A DNA stretch of 64,000 bases from Syntrophaceae bacterium UBA4054 (GCA_002383495.1 DFZO01000050.1:19397-83396); one strand, 5' to 3'. Counted from the first letter of the stretch, positions 18,574-28,723 are shown. Notes: generated by a model from the sequence alone, not told the origin. Numbers and translations are program-made.

Positions 18574-18957
18574 ATGGCGAAGATAAAGATAGAAGACTTG
18601 AAGAAGATCAAGGAGAAGATTCAGGCGGAGACCTCCCTGAGGGCAGGGGATCGGCGGGTAAAGGTGACGGTCCACATGGGGACCTGCGGCATCGCGTCCG
18701 GTGCGCGCGGGGTTCTCGATGCCCTGATGGCCGAGATCGCCGAATCGGGCGCCAAGGATATCGCCGTGACCACATCGGGCTGCATGGGACTCTGCAGCCG
18801 GGAACCCCTGGTGACGGTCGAGGTCCTGGATCAGGATCCCATTAAATACGAATACATGAATCCCAACAAGATGAGGCAGGTCTTCAAGAGGCACATCCTG
18901 CAGGGCGAGATTCAGACTCCCTTCGTGCTTGCCAAGGGTGCGGAGATCGTAAAATAG
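18574..18957 (+). CDS. Thioredoxin-like [2Fe-2S] ferredoxin (HndB/HydD-like)
   Basis: HMGTCGIASGA and SGCMGLCSREP. Confidence 0.88.
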   Translation: MAKIKIEDLKKIKEKIQAETSLRAGDRRVKVTVHMGTCGIASGARGVLDALMAEIAESGAKDIAVTTSGCMGLCSREPLVTVEVLDQDPIKYEYMNPNKMRQVFKRHILQGEIQTPFVLAKGAEIVK

Positions 18958-19000
18958 TCTTAAGGACACTCAGATACATGTAAGGAGGAATAAAATCCAC

Positions 19001-22000
19001 ATGAAGATATATCGATCACATTTATTGATCTGTGGAGGGACGGGATGCCATGCCTCCGGGAGCCTCGCTGTAAAGAAGGTCCTGGTTGAGGAGCTGGACA
19101 AGAGAGGTCTTGCCGAGGAGATTAAAATCGTCGAGACCGGGTGCAATGGATTCTGCGCCCAGGGCCCCATCATGGTGGTCTATCCCGAAGGGATCGTCTA
19201 CATGCAGATCAAAACAGAGGATGTTCCGGAACTCGTGGAAGAACATTTCGTCAAGGGCCGGCCGCTGGCGCGGCTGTTCTACAAGGAACCCACCACGGAA
19301 GAGAAGATTCCCACGATGCAGGAGATCCCTTTCTTTGCCCATCAGGAATTGCGGGTGTTGAGAAACAGGGGGCTCATTGATCCGGAGAACATTGAGGAAT
19401 ATATAGCGAGAGACGGTTATGCGGGCATGGCCAAGGCCCTGACCGAGATGTCTGCCGATGATATCGTCAAGGAAGTGCTTGCGTCGGGACTCCGGGGAAG
19501 GGGCGGCGCGGGCTTCCCCACGGGGATGAAGTGGCAGTTTGCCTCCCGGTCCATGGGAGACATGAAATACGTGCTGTGCAATGCCGACGAGGGTGACCCC
19601 GGGGCCTTCATGGACCGCAGCGTCCTGGAGGCGGATCCCCATTCCGTAATCGAAGGCATGGTCATCGCCGCCAAGGCTATCGGCTCTCCTCAAGGTTATA
19701 TTTACTGCCGCGCGGAATATCCCCTGGCCATTCACCGGATGAATATCGCCCTCGACCAGGCAAGGGAATTCGGGCTTATCGGAAAAAATATCCTGGATAC
19801 GGGATTTAACTTCGATATCGAAATTTATCAGGGCGCGGGCGCTTTTGTTTGCGGGGAAGAGACGGCTCTCATGACCTCCATTGAAGGGAAGCGCGGGATG
19901 CCCAGACCGAGACCCCCATTTCCAGCCATTTCAGGCTTGTGGGGGAAACCAAGCATCCTCAATAACGTGGAGACCCTGGCCAATATCGGCCAGATCATCC
20001 TGAGAGGGGGCGCCTGGTATGCCAGCGTAGGGACGGAGAAGAGCAAGGGAACCAAAGTCTTTGCGCTGACCGGTGATGTGAACAACGTGGGTCTCGTGGA
20101 AGTCCCCATGGGAACAACGTTGGGCACCATTGTCTATGAGATCGGCGGCGGCATTCCTGGAGGGAAAAGATTCAAGGCCGCGCAACTCGGCGGTCCTTCC
20201 GGCGGAATGATCCCTGTACAACATTTGAACGCGCCTATAGATTATGAGAAGGTCGCGGAATTGGGCGCCATCATGGGATCCGGCGGCATGATTGTTCTGA
20301 ACGAAGACAAGTGTGCGGTCGATATGGCGCGGTTCTTTATGGATTTCTGCCAGGATGAATCCTGCGGTAAATGCACTCCCTGCCGTGAAGGGACCAAGCG
20401 AATGCTTGATCTCCTCACCAATATATGCAGCGGTAAAGGCAAGGAAGGAGACATCGAACTGCTCGAGGGAATGGCGGCCCTGATCAAAGATTCCGCTCTC
20501 TGCGGGCTGGGACAGACCGCCCCGAATCCCGTATTGAGCACGATCCGCTATTTCCGCAACGAGTACGAAACCCATATCAGGGACAAGCGCTGCTCGGCCG
20601 TTGTTTGTTCGGCCCTCTTCAAATCGCCCTGCCAGCACACCTGTCCCGTGGGGATGGACGTGCCGTCCTATATCGCTCTGATCCGGGCGGGGCGTCTTGA
20701 GGATGCCTACAAGGTGATGATGAGAACGAATCCCTTCCCCTCCGTTTGCGGACGGGTCTGCGACCACAAATGCCAGTCCAAGTGCCGGCGGGGCATGCTC
20801 GATGAAGCCGTGGCTATCAAGTTCTTGAAACGGTTTATCTCGGACAATGCTCCAAGGCCGAAGATCGAACCGGTACCCGTGACGCGAAAAGAAAAGATCG
20901 GCGTCGTCGGGGCCGGGCCAGCCGGTCTCACGGCAGCAAGGGATCTCGCGAAACGGGGTTACAAGGTGGATGTCTTCGAGGAGCTTCCTACGCCCGGCGG
21001 CATGCTGGCCTGGGGCATTCCCTCTTACAGGCTTCCCCGCGAGATTCTGAATCGGGAAATTGACGACATCCGTCAGCTGGGCGTCGATATCCGCTGCAAT
21101 GTCCGGGTGGGCAAAGACATTCCCTTTGATAAATTCCTGAAAGAATACGATTATGTTTATCTTGCCCCCGGCGCTCACAAAAGCCAGAGGCTGGGCGTTG
21201 AGGGCGAAAAACTGAAAGGCGTTTACGGAGGCGTGGAGTTCCTGCGGGCATTCAACATGAACGAAGCGGCCTGGCTGAAGGGTGAAAGGAAGATCGGCAG
21301 CCGGGTGGCCGTAGTCGGCGGAGGAAACTCCGCCATCGATGCGGCCCGGACAGCGGCCCGACTGGGCGCCGACGTGACCATCCTTTACCGACGGCTCCGG
21401 GCGGACATGCCTGCAGCGGAAGAGGAAATCGTAGCCGCCGAACACGAGGGGATCAAGATCGAGTACCTGGTGGCCCCCACGAAACTGGTCGGAGAGGGCG
21501 GCAAGGTCACGGGGATCTCCTGCGAGCGGATGATCCTGGGCGATTTTGATTCCAGCGGAAGGCGAAGACCCGCTCCCGTGAAGGGCTCCGAATTCACCCT
21601 CAGCGTGGATGCCGTCATTGCCGCCATCGGGCAGACGCCCGATCTTTCCTTTGTTTCAGAAGGAAGCGGCGTCAAGGTCAACCGGTGGTCCTGCTTTGAT
21701 CTCGATGGTTTAAGCAAATCAAAGACGCTCCACGAGAAGGTTTACGCGGGAGGAGATGCCGTTACGGGTCCCGATACGGTGATCGGCGCCATTGCCGCCG
21801 GCCACCGGGCCGCCGAGGATATCGACCAGGCCATCCGGACGGCCAACGGTGAACCGCCCTACGCGGCACCGCCGACCGAGAACATCGTGATTCCCTTCGA
21901 AATCGACGAGGAGACGCAGGAGCGCCCACAGGCGGCCATGCCTGAACTCGATGCCCACGAAAGAAGGAAGAGTTTCATTGAAGTGGAGCTCGGCTACAGC

Positions 22001-22057
22001 AGTGAGGAGGCCTTCAAGGAAGCCTGTCGCTGCCTGCGCTGCGACGCAGAAATCTAG
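19001..22057 (+). CDS. NuoF/HydB-like NADH-FMN subunit fused to a GltD/NfnB-like FAD-NADP(H) oxidoreductase
   Basis: N-terminal Trx [2Fe-2S]; GLRGRGGAGFPTG; CNADEGDPGAFMDR; CGKCTPCREG. Then CQHTCP/CGRVCDHKCQSKC, GAGPAG, GGGNSA...YRR and a C-terminal CLRCD. Confidence 0.9.
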   Translation: MKIYRSHLLICGGTGCHASGSLAVKKVLVEELDKRGLAEEIKIVETGCNGFCAQGPIMVVYPEGIVYMQIKTEDVPELVEEHFVKGRPLARLFYKEPTTEEKIPTMQEIPFFAHQELRVLRNRGLIDPENIEEYIARDGYAGMAKALTEMSADDIVKEVLASGLRGRGGAGFPTGMKWQFASRSMGDMKYVLCNADEGDPGAFMDRSVLEADPHSVIEGMVIAAKAIGSPQGYIYCRAEYPLAIHRMNIALDQAREFGLIGKNILDTGFNFDIEIYQGAGAFVCGEETALMTSIEGKRGMPRPRPPFPAISGLWGKPSILNNVETLANIGQIILRGGAWYASVGTEKSKGTKVFALTGDVNNVGLVEVPMGTTLGTIVYEIGGGIPGGKRFKAAQLGGPSGGMIPVQHLNAPIDYEKVAELGAIMGSGGMIVLNEDKCAVDMARFFMDFCQDESCGKCTPCREGTKRMLDLLTNICSGKGKEGDIELLEGMAALIKDSALCGLGQTAPNPVLSTIRYFRNEYETHIRDKRCSAVVCSALFKSPCQHTCPVGMDVPSYIALIRAGRLEDAYKVMMRTNPFPSVCGRVCDHKCQSKCRRGMLDEAVAIKFLKRFISDNAPRPKIEPVPVTRKEKIGVVGAGPAGLTAARDLAKRGYKVDVFEELPTPGGMLAWGIPSYRLPREILNREIDDIRQLGVDIRCNVRVGKDIPFDKFLKEYDYVYLAPGAHKSQRLGVEGEKLKGVYGGVEFLRAFNMNEAAWLKGERKIGSRVAVVGGGNSAIDAARTAARLGADVTILYRRLRADMPAAEEEIVAAEHEGIKIEYLVAPTKLVGEGGKVTGISCERMILGDFDSSGRRRPAPVKGSEFTLSVDAVIAAIGQTPDLSFVSEGSGVKVNRWSCFDLDGLSKSKTLHEKVYAGGDAVTGPDTVIGAIAAGHRAAEDIDQAIRTANGEPPYAAPPTENIVIPFEIDEETQERPQAAMPELDAHERRKSFIEVELGYSSEEAFKEACRCLRCDAEI

Positions 22058-22117
22058 AAGTCACCTTCTTTGAAATAGAAAATGAACAAGATGTGAAAAT
22101 GGAGGATAATTGATCCG

Positions 22118-24817
22118 ATGAACAAAATCTTAATAACCATTGATGGAAGGCAGCTGGAGGCGAAGCCCGGCCAGACCATTCTGGAGGTGGCGAAGGAAAA
22201 CGGCATCTATATTCCGACCCTCTGCTATTATGCCGCCACGAGGGTGGTGGGCGCCTGCCGTGTCTGCGTGGTGGAAGTTGAAAATTCCAGAACGCTCGTG
22301 GCGTCCTGCGCCATGCCCGTGAGTCCCGGCATGGTGGTCAAGACGGATACGCCGAGAGTGAGAGAATCGCAGAAGCTGGTGGTGGAGCTTCTCTGGTCCG
22401 CGGGCGATCACAACTGCCTCGTCTGCGAATCCAACGGGCAGTGCGAGCTGCAGGATCTGATCTACTGGCTTAAGATCGAAAAGCCGAGGTTCAAGATCGA
22501 AGCGCCGGGATATCCCCTTGAGAAAACCAACACGATGATCCAGAGGGATCTCAACAAGTGCGTCCTCTGCGGCCGGTGCATCCGGGCCTGCAACGAGATC
22601 CAGGTCAACGAAGTGCTCGATTTCTTCGAGCGCGGATCGAAGATGAAAGTGGGACCCGCCTTTGACGCCGACTACATCGATTCAAACTGCGTCTTCTGCG
22701 GGGCCTGCGTGGACGCCTGCCCCACGGGCGCCATCGTCAACAAGCAGTCCCGGTTTGAGGGACGGCCGTGGGACCTGCAAAAGATTCGCACCACCTGCGG
22801 GTATTGCGGGGTAGGGTGCCAGATGGACCTCAATGTCTATGACGGCAAGGTTGTCAAAGTCACGGGGAACAAGGAATACGGTACTCCAAACCAGGGCAGC
22901 CTCTGCGTCAAGGGACGCTTCGGAATGGAATTCATCCATCATCCGAGCCGCCTGAAGACGCCGCTGATCAAACAGGCGAACGGTGAGTTCAAGGAGGCGG
23001 ACTGGGATGAGGCATACGACTTCATCGCCGGAAAATTGAAGTCGATCAAGAAGAAACACGGTGCTGACAGCCTGGCGGGGCTATCTTCGGCCCGGTGCAC
23101 CAATGAAGAAAATTATCTGTTTCAGAAATTCATGAGAACGGTGATCGGAACCAACAATGTCGATCACTGTGCCCGTCTCTGACACTCCTCCACGGTGGTC
23201 GGTCTGGCCACCGCATTCGGGAGTGGTGCTATGACGAATTCCATCGATGAGATCGAATTCGCCGATGTGATTTTTGCCATAGGGACCAACACGACGGAAA
23301 ACCATCCTGTGATCGGAAGCAAGGTCAAGAGGGCCGTCCGTTACCACGGCGCGAAACTCATCGTGGTCGATCCGAGGGACATCGCCCTGACCAAATATGC
23401 CGAGCTCTGGCTGCGTCCGAAAGCGGGCACCAACGTGGCCCTGGTCAACGGGATCATGAACGTGATCATTTCCGAGGATCTTCAGGCAAAGGATTATGTC
23501 AAAGAGCGCACGGAAGGCTTTGAGGCCATGAAGGCCGTGGTGGCGAAATTCACACCGGAACGCGTGGAGGAAATAACAGGCGTGCCCGCCGCGAATATCC
23601 GGGCCGCCGCCCGGCTCTACGCCAAGGCCGGCAAGGCGTCTATTCTTTACTGCATGGGCGTCACCCAGCATTCCACGGGGACGGACTCCGTCAAGAACGT
23701 AGCCAATCTCGCCATGCTCTGCGGGATGATGGGCATTGAGAGCGGCGGCGTGAATCCCCTGAGGGGACAGGGCAACGTCCAGGGCGCTTGCGATATGGGC
23801 TGCCTTCCCAATGTTTTTCCGGCTTATCAGAACGTCACGGTCGACGATAACCGGGCCAGATTCCAGAAGGCCTGGGGCGTCAAGCTTCCGGCCAACGTGG
23901 GCCTGACCATCGTGGAGATCATGAATGCCGCCCATAAGGGGGATATCAAGGGTCTTTACGTGATGGGCGAAAATCTCATGATGAGCGACCCGGATCTCCA
24001 TCATGTCGAGGAGGCCCTGAAGAATCTTGATCTCCTGGTCGTTCAGGACATTTTCCTCACGGAGACGGCGAAGTTCGCCCACGTGGTTCTTCCGGCGGCC
24101 TCTTTCGCTGAAAAGGACGGAACATTCAGCAATACGGAAAGGAGAGTCCAGCGGGTGAGAAAAGCGGTCGCTCCTCCGGGCATGGCAAAACCCGACTGGC
24201 AGATCCTCTCCGGGCTTTCCACGAAGATGGGATATCCCATGGCCTATGCGTCGCCCTCGGAGATCATGGACGAGATCCGCAAGGTGACGCCGAGCTACGC
24301 GGGCATTACCTACCGGAGGATCGAGAGGAGAGGCATTCAGTGGCCCTGTCCCAACACGGATCACCCGGGGACGAAATACCTGCATAGGGATCGGTTCTCG
24401 CGGGGGCTGGGTCTTTTCAGCGCCATTGATTACATCCCATCGGCGGAGCAGACGGACAAGGAGTATCCCCTGATCATGACGACGGGCCGCATCCTCTATC
24501 ATTACCACACGGGTACGATGACCCGCCTCGCCAGGGGCAGCATGGAGAGGTACCCGGAGAGCCTCGTGGAAATCAATCCCCGGGATGCGGAGCGATTCGG
24601 CATCGAGGATGAGAAGCTTGTAAAGGTGACCTCCCGAAGGGGAAGCGTGACCGCAAAAGCCTCTTTGACGGATCGTTCTCCCGAAGGGACGATCTTCATG
24701 AACTTCCACTTCAGGGAAGCGGCGGTCAATCTGCTGACGAATTCCGTCCTGGATCCGCTTGCGAAGATCCCGGAATACAAGGTATCGGCAGTCAGGATAG
24801 AAGCCGCCGGGGCATGA
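22118..24817 (+). CDS. fdhA: Selenocysteine-containing formate dehydrogenase alpha subunit (Mo/W-bisPGD) with N-terminal NuoG-like Fe-S domain
   Basis: ORFs 22118-23182 and 23195-24817 are in frame across TGA 23180-23182 in DHCARL-U-HSSTV (residue 355). Also CGYCGVGC...LCVKG and RGQGNVQG; SECIS follows the TGA. Confidence 0.93.
23194..23212 (+). promoter_or_regulatory. Bacterial SECIS element
   Basis: GGTGGTC-GGTCT-GGCCACC hairpin starting 11 nt after the in-frame TGA. Confidence 0.8.
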
Positions 24818-24925
24818 ACCTCCGATGGATTTCGCAGGCGAGGGGCCGATGGATAGAATAATTGATGTCGCAAAGAATATAATTCATATATAATATGAAA
24901 GAATCCAGAGAAGGAGGAAGCGCAG

Positions 24926-25426
24926 ATGGAAACCGTTATTGATGTTTTAAGGCATTCCGTTGTTTTTCAAAAACTGACCAATGAGCAGATCAAAAAGCTG
25001 GCGGCCATTGCCTCGTTTGAAACCCATCCCGCGGGAACGGTGCTCTACAAGGAGGGGGATCCCGCCGGCAAATTCTATATCGTGAAAGAGGGGAAAGTCA
25101 TACTGGACATGAAATGTGAAATGGATCCCCACACCGCTCCGAGACAGGTCACCGTGGATGTCATCACGAAAGGAGAATCCATGGGCTGGTCCGCCGTGGT
25201 GGATCCTTATATTTACACACTCAGCTGTCTGTGCATGGATTCGACAACGCTCGTTGCCGTTGACGCGGCCAAACTTCGGGAATTCATCGCCGAGGACCTT
25301 GCCCTGGGCTTTGAGGTCATGAGATCGATCGCAAAGCTGATCTCTTCCCGTCTCACCCACACGCGAGTGTTGCTGATTGGTGAACGGACCCTTGGTTTCA
25401 TGACGGAACAGACACAATACGCATAA
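24926..25426 (+). CDS. Cyclic-nucleotide-binding (Crp/Fnr sensory) domain protein without HTH
   Basis: LYKEGDPAGKFYIVKEGKV...GESMGWSAVV...YTLSCLC; 166 aa, ends after the C-helix. Confidence 0.85.
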   Translation: METVIDVLRHSVVFQKLTNEQIKKLAAIASFETHPAGTVLYKEGDPAGKFYIVKEGKVILDMKCEMDPHTAPRQVTVDVITKGESMGWSAVVDPYIYTLSCLCMDSTTLVAVDAAKLREFIAEDLALGFEVMRSIAKLISSRLTHTRVLLIGERTLGFMTEQTQYA

Positions 25427-25453
25427 GCGTTAAAAGGAGAAATGGTCGCGTGG

Positions 25454-25490
25454 AAAGGGGTTTGATCATCATGATCAAACCCCTTTTTTT
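25454..25490 (+). terminator. Intrinsic terminator
   Basis: aaaggggtttgatcat-c-atgatcaaacccc plus T run. Confidence 0.88.
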
Positions 25491-25504
25491 AGGAGTTTTT
25501 TCAA

Positions 25505-26887
25505 ATGTTCAGACGCTGCATCTGCCCGATTATTTTTCTTGGCCCCTTCCTCTGTTCGGTTTCACTGGCGCAATCTCCGCTGGAGTCGAATCTTCATCTC
25601 CCGGCCGGCGTGCTTAGGGAAACGGCGCCTTCTCCTCTGCCCCACGTAAAGCCGGCCTTTGAAGACTTTCGCTTCTGGACAGGCCGCCAGCCCGAACCGG
25701 ACAAAATTATTCTGAACGGGGACGAGATTGAGAGGATCAACCGCGAGGCCCTGAAAAGCGATCCGGAGGCGGTGGATATTTTTTCTCTCGCCGACGGGAT
25801 CGACTCCGCCTTTTTAAAAACGATTCTGTCCGCCGACCGGCAGCGGTACGGGAAAGGGACGTTTTTCGATCTCACGAACCGGACCCTCCTGCCCGATTAC
25901 TTTGCGCAGCTCTTTTCGCGCATGAATCTCAAGGGCATTCCCGCTGTCCTGAAGCCGTTGTATGGACTCATCACCCGCGAGGCGAATCTTCGTGTTCTCC
26001 CCTCGGACGACCTTGTCATGGACAGGCCATTTGATTATGCCTTTGACCGTTTTCAGTCCGACAAGCTGGACTGCGGAACCGCCGTGGCTGTTCTTCATTA
26101 CACAGCCGACCATTCCTGGTGCTTTGTTGAGACCGGTTACGCCCGGGGATGGGTCCGGCCGAACGATGTGGCCATCGGAACCAGGGAAGAGGTCATGAGA
26201 TTCGCCGCCGCGAAGCCCCTCGTGGTCGCCGGGGACGCGGTCCCCTTTTACAGGGACCGGGAACTCACGCAGTTCGTTTTCGACCTCCCCATGGGGGCGC
26301 GGCTTCCCTTTGCTGGCAGAGACGGGGACACCAGCAAGGTCTATCTGCCATGGCGAAACAGCAGGGGCGGCCTGGTCGTTGTGGATGGTTATGTCCGTTC
26401 CGGCGCGGGCGTCCACGAGGGATATCTCCCCTATACCACGGCAGCCGTGATGAGGCAGGCCTTTAAACTCAAGGAAAACCGTTACAGCTGGGGCGGACTC
26501 CATGAAGGCCGGGATTGTTCCCGCTTCATCATGGACGTCTTTCGATGTTTCGGTTTTCAGATGCCGAGAGACAGTTACCGCCAGGCCGCATTTGCAGGAA
26601 ACCGCCGCCTGGATGTGTCAAAACGGACGGACAGCGAAAAAGTGAATCTCCTGCAACGGTGTCAGAACGCGCCGACCCTGCTTTACATGAAGGGACATGT
26701 GATGCTTTTGCTCGGCGTTGTAGACGGCAGGGCTTACGCCATTCACAGCTACTGGGATTACGGCACCCATGACAGACCGGATGTCGTTTACCACGTGGGC
26801 AGGGTTGCCGTAACGGATCTTTCTGTTGGAAAGAATGGAGAGGGAGACCTGCTGCGCTGGATCTCGGCCCTGATCCCGCTCAGGTGA
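25505..26887 (+). CDS. SH3 + NlpC/P60 cell-wall peptidase (YkfC-like), exported
   Basis: Signal-like N-terminus; RYSWGG...RDCSRF (catalytic Cys); GHVMLLLG...AIH. Confidence 0.88.
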   Translation: MFRRCICPIIFLGPFLCSVSLAQSPLESNLHLPAGVLRETAPSPLPHVKPAFEDFRFWTGRQPEPDKIILNGDEIERINREALKSDPEAVDIFSLADGIDSAFLKTILSADRQRYGKGTFFDLTNRTLLPDYFAQLFSRMNLKGIPAVLKPLYGLITREANLRVLPSDDLVMDRPFDYAFDRFQSDKLDCGTAVAVLHYTADHSWCFVETGYARGWVRPNDVAIGTREEVMRFAAAKPLVVAGDAVPFYRDRELTQFVFDLPMGARLPFAGRDGDTSKVYLPWRNSRGGLVVVDGYVRSGAGVHEGYLPYTTAAVMRQAFKLKENRYSWGGLHEGRDCSRFIMDVFRCFGFQMPRDSYRQAAFAGNRRLDVSKRTDSEKVNLLQRCQNAPTLLYMKGHVMLLLGVVDGRAYAIHSYWDYGTHDRPDVVYHVGRVAVTDLSVGKNGEGDLLRWISALIPLR

Positions 26888-26902
26888 GAAGAGTTCAGAA
26901 TT

Positions 26903-26935
26903 AAAAAAGGGGGCGGTCAAACCGCCCCCTTTTTT
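26903..26935. terminator. Bidirectional intrinsic terminator
   Basis: aaaaaagggggcggt-caa-accgccccctttttt between convergent genes. Confidence 0.9.
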
Positions 26936-27041
26936 TCTCAAGTCCTCATGAAAATGTCTTTCGGGGTTCTCCATTGATATCTAAGATATTTAATGACCCC
27001 GTTTTTTAGATGGACGGCGGATATGGCACTGTCTTGCTTCG

Positions 27042-27194
27042 TTATGTCGATTCGAAAAACGCGGTTGACATTGAAATAATAATACCAAACAGCATAATCA
27101 TTTCCGTTATGCCAGGTCCAAGATGCTTGGCGAAAACAGGAGCCACACCGAGCAGTATAAATCCTATTAAAAAGGTTCTTTCTCGCGAATCCAT
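27042..27194 (-). CDS. Small (50 aa) two-helix membrane protein
   Basis: MDSRERTFLIGFILLGVAPVFAKHLGPGITEMIMLFGIIISMSTAFFEST; AAGGAGG RBS; same strand as and 27 bp after the upstream gene. Confidence 0.7.
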   Translation of the reverse strand: MDSRERTFLIGFILLGVAPVFAKHLGPGITEMIMLFGIIISMSTAFFEST

Positions 27195-27221
27195 AATGAC
27201 CTCCTTGATATTTAAGTTTTT

Positions 27222-27692
27222 TTAAGTATCCCTTTTTTTTATATTGACGGCAGATATGGCAGCGTTACGGCGATCGAAAATATTTTTTATGACCACACCA
27301 AGTATGTCTACCGTATCTCCAGGCTTTATGTCTTCGGAAGGTGCGGTGAACATGATTACCCTGATGGTTCCCGTACCATCTTTAACCTGGAAATGCGGTC
27401 TGTTGAGCCACTTGAAGGAGATTTTGCGAACTTCTCCGGTAATGCTTACCGCCTGTCCCGTCATAGACAGGCTCAGGTTGCCGATTTTATATGGCCTGGT
27501 CCTTTGACTGTGTTCTTCTGTCGCCTGAGTAAACATTCTGCGGCTCATCCATGCTAAGGTCATGGGAATAACAAGAAGGGCGATCAACCCGGGAATTGCA
27601 AAAATCAAAAATCGGGTATCCCTCACTTCCATATAATGAATGAGTACCGCTGCCGCACATACGATAAAAGCGATCCACGCTAAAAGTGACAA
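27222..27692 (-). CDS. Membrane-anchored OB-fold protein
   Basis: Two N-terminal hydrophobic helices, then VSITGEV...FQVKDGTGTIRVIMF...IKPGDTVDILGVV (OB-fold pattern); TTG start after AGGTG. Confidence 0.75.
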   Translation of the reverse strand: MSLLAWIAFIVCAAAVLIHYMEVRDTRFLIFAIPGLIALLVIPMTLAWMSRRMFTQATEEHSQRTRPYKIGNLSLSMTGQAVSITGEVRKISFKWLNRPHFQVKDGTGTIRVIMFTAPSEDIKPGDTVDILGVVIKNIFDRRNAAISAVNIKKRDT

Positions 27693-27703
27693 TGGAATTA
27701 CAC

Positions 27704-28585
27704 CTAATCTTTGGGGACTTCCTTTCTGAACATCATGAAGTAGGCGACGCCGATAAACAGAAATCCGCCTACGATGTTCCCTATTGTAACGGGAATGATA
27801 TTCCAGACCCAGACGTCACCCCAGCTTAAGCCGTTATTGGCCTGCAATAACCCGCCTATTTTTGTGATCGTTTCTGGATACCAATCGGTTAAGAATTTTC
27901 CAGTGGGTAAAAAATACATGTTGGCGACGCAATGCTCGAAACCGGTGGCAACGAATGCCATGATGGGAAACCAGATACCGAAAAACTTGCCGACCACGTC
28001 ATCGGCGGTAATGGCAAGGAGTATAGCGATGTTGACGAGGAAGTTACAGCCGATGGCCTTCATGAAACATGACCATAAGCCTGCGGCGCCAACGGCTTTG
28101 TAGGTCAAAATTTTAGCAACGGCAATGTTTATCGCCGTTGTTCCGAAGGCATTCACTACCATTGTTCCTCCTGCCGTACCATCGACAAGAGGACCAACGG
28201 CCATTAAATAGGCATAAAAGAATGAACCAATGATGTTTCCGATGTATACCCATAGCCAGTTTTTCCACACGGCGCCCCATGTACATCTTTTCATCATCGC
28301 GGCCATGGGAACAAGCATGCAATCACCGGTAAAAAGCTCCATTCCTGTCAGAACGATTGCAATCAAGCCGACGGGGAAGACCGCCCCGCCGATCATTTTC
28401 GCGATTCCGGGACCCAGGTGTGTTGCCACGCCGGTTGAGCATACGGTTGCCAGTGCTCCTCCGATCGCGATGTAGGCACCCGCCATAAAGCCCCGGATGA
28501 GAAACTGAAAAATAGAGAGTTTTGATTTGTAGACACCCGCGTTGCCTACGAGACCGACCATCTTGGGTGGTGCGTTAAAAGCCAT
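27704..28585 (-). CDS. focA: Formate/nitrite transporter (FocA/FdhC family)
   Basis: FPVGLIAIVLTGMELFTG, AIGCNFLVNIAI, GFEHCVANM, VTIGNIVGG. Confidence 0.92.
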   Translation of the reverse strand: MAFNAPPKMVGLVGNAGVYKSKLSIFQFLIRGFMAGAYIAIGGALATVCSTGVATHLGPGIAKMIGGAVFPVGLIAIVLTGMELFTGDCMLVPMAAMMKRCTWGAVWKNWLWVYIGNIIGSFFYAYLMAVGPLVDGTAGGTMVVNAFGTTAINIAVAKILTYKAVGAAGLWSCFMKAIGCNFLVNIAILLAITADDVVGKFFGIWFPIMAFVATGFEHCVANMYFLPTGKFLTDWYPETITKIGGLLQANNGLSWGDVWVWNIIPVTIGNIVGGFLFIGVAYFMMFRKEVPKD

Positions 28586-28723
28586 GTTTATTCCTCCATT
28601 TCGTCAATAAAATCAAAATCTAATAAGCAAAGTCACGCTTATTTTGTCTATCACGCGCAATAAATCATCGATGACTGCCCTGCGAATTTTAAGGAGATGA
28701 GTGAAAAGCAAGGCCGTCGCCGG

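Noticed and set aside
22118-24817. fdhA as a split gene or nonsense pseudogene
   Set aside because: The TGA is in frame at the catalytic Sec position and is followed by a SECIS-like hairpin.
27024-27038. sigma54 promoter TGGCAC...TTGC (also TGGCAG at 7849)
   Set aside because: GG-to-GC spacing is 9 rather than 10 here and it points away from any gene; the 7849 site lacks the -12 GC.
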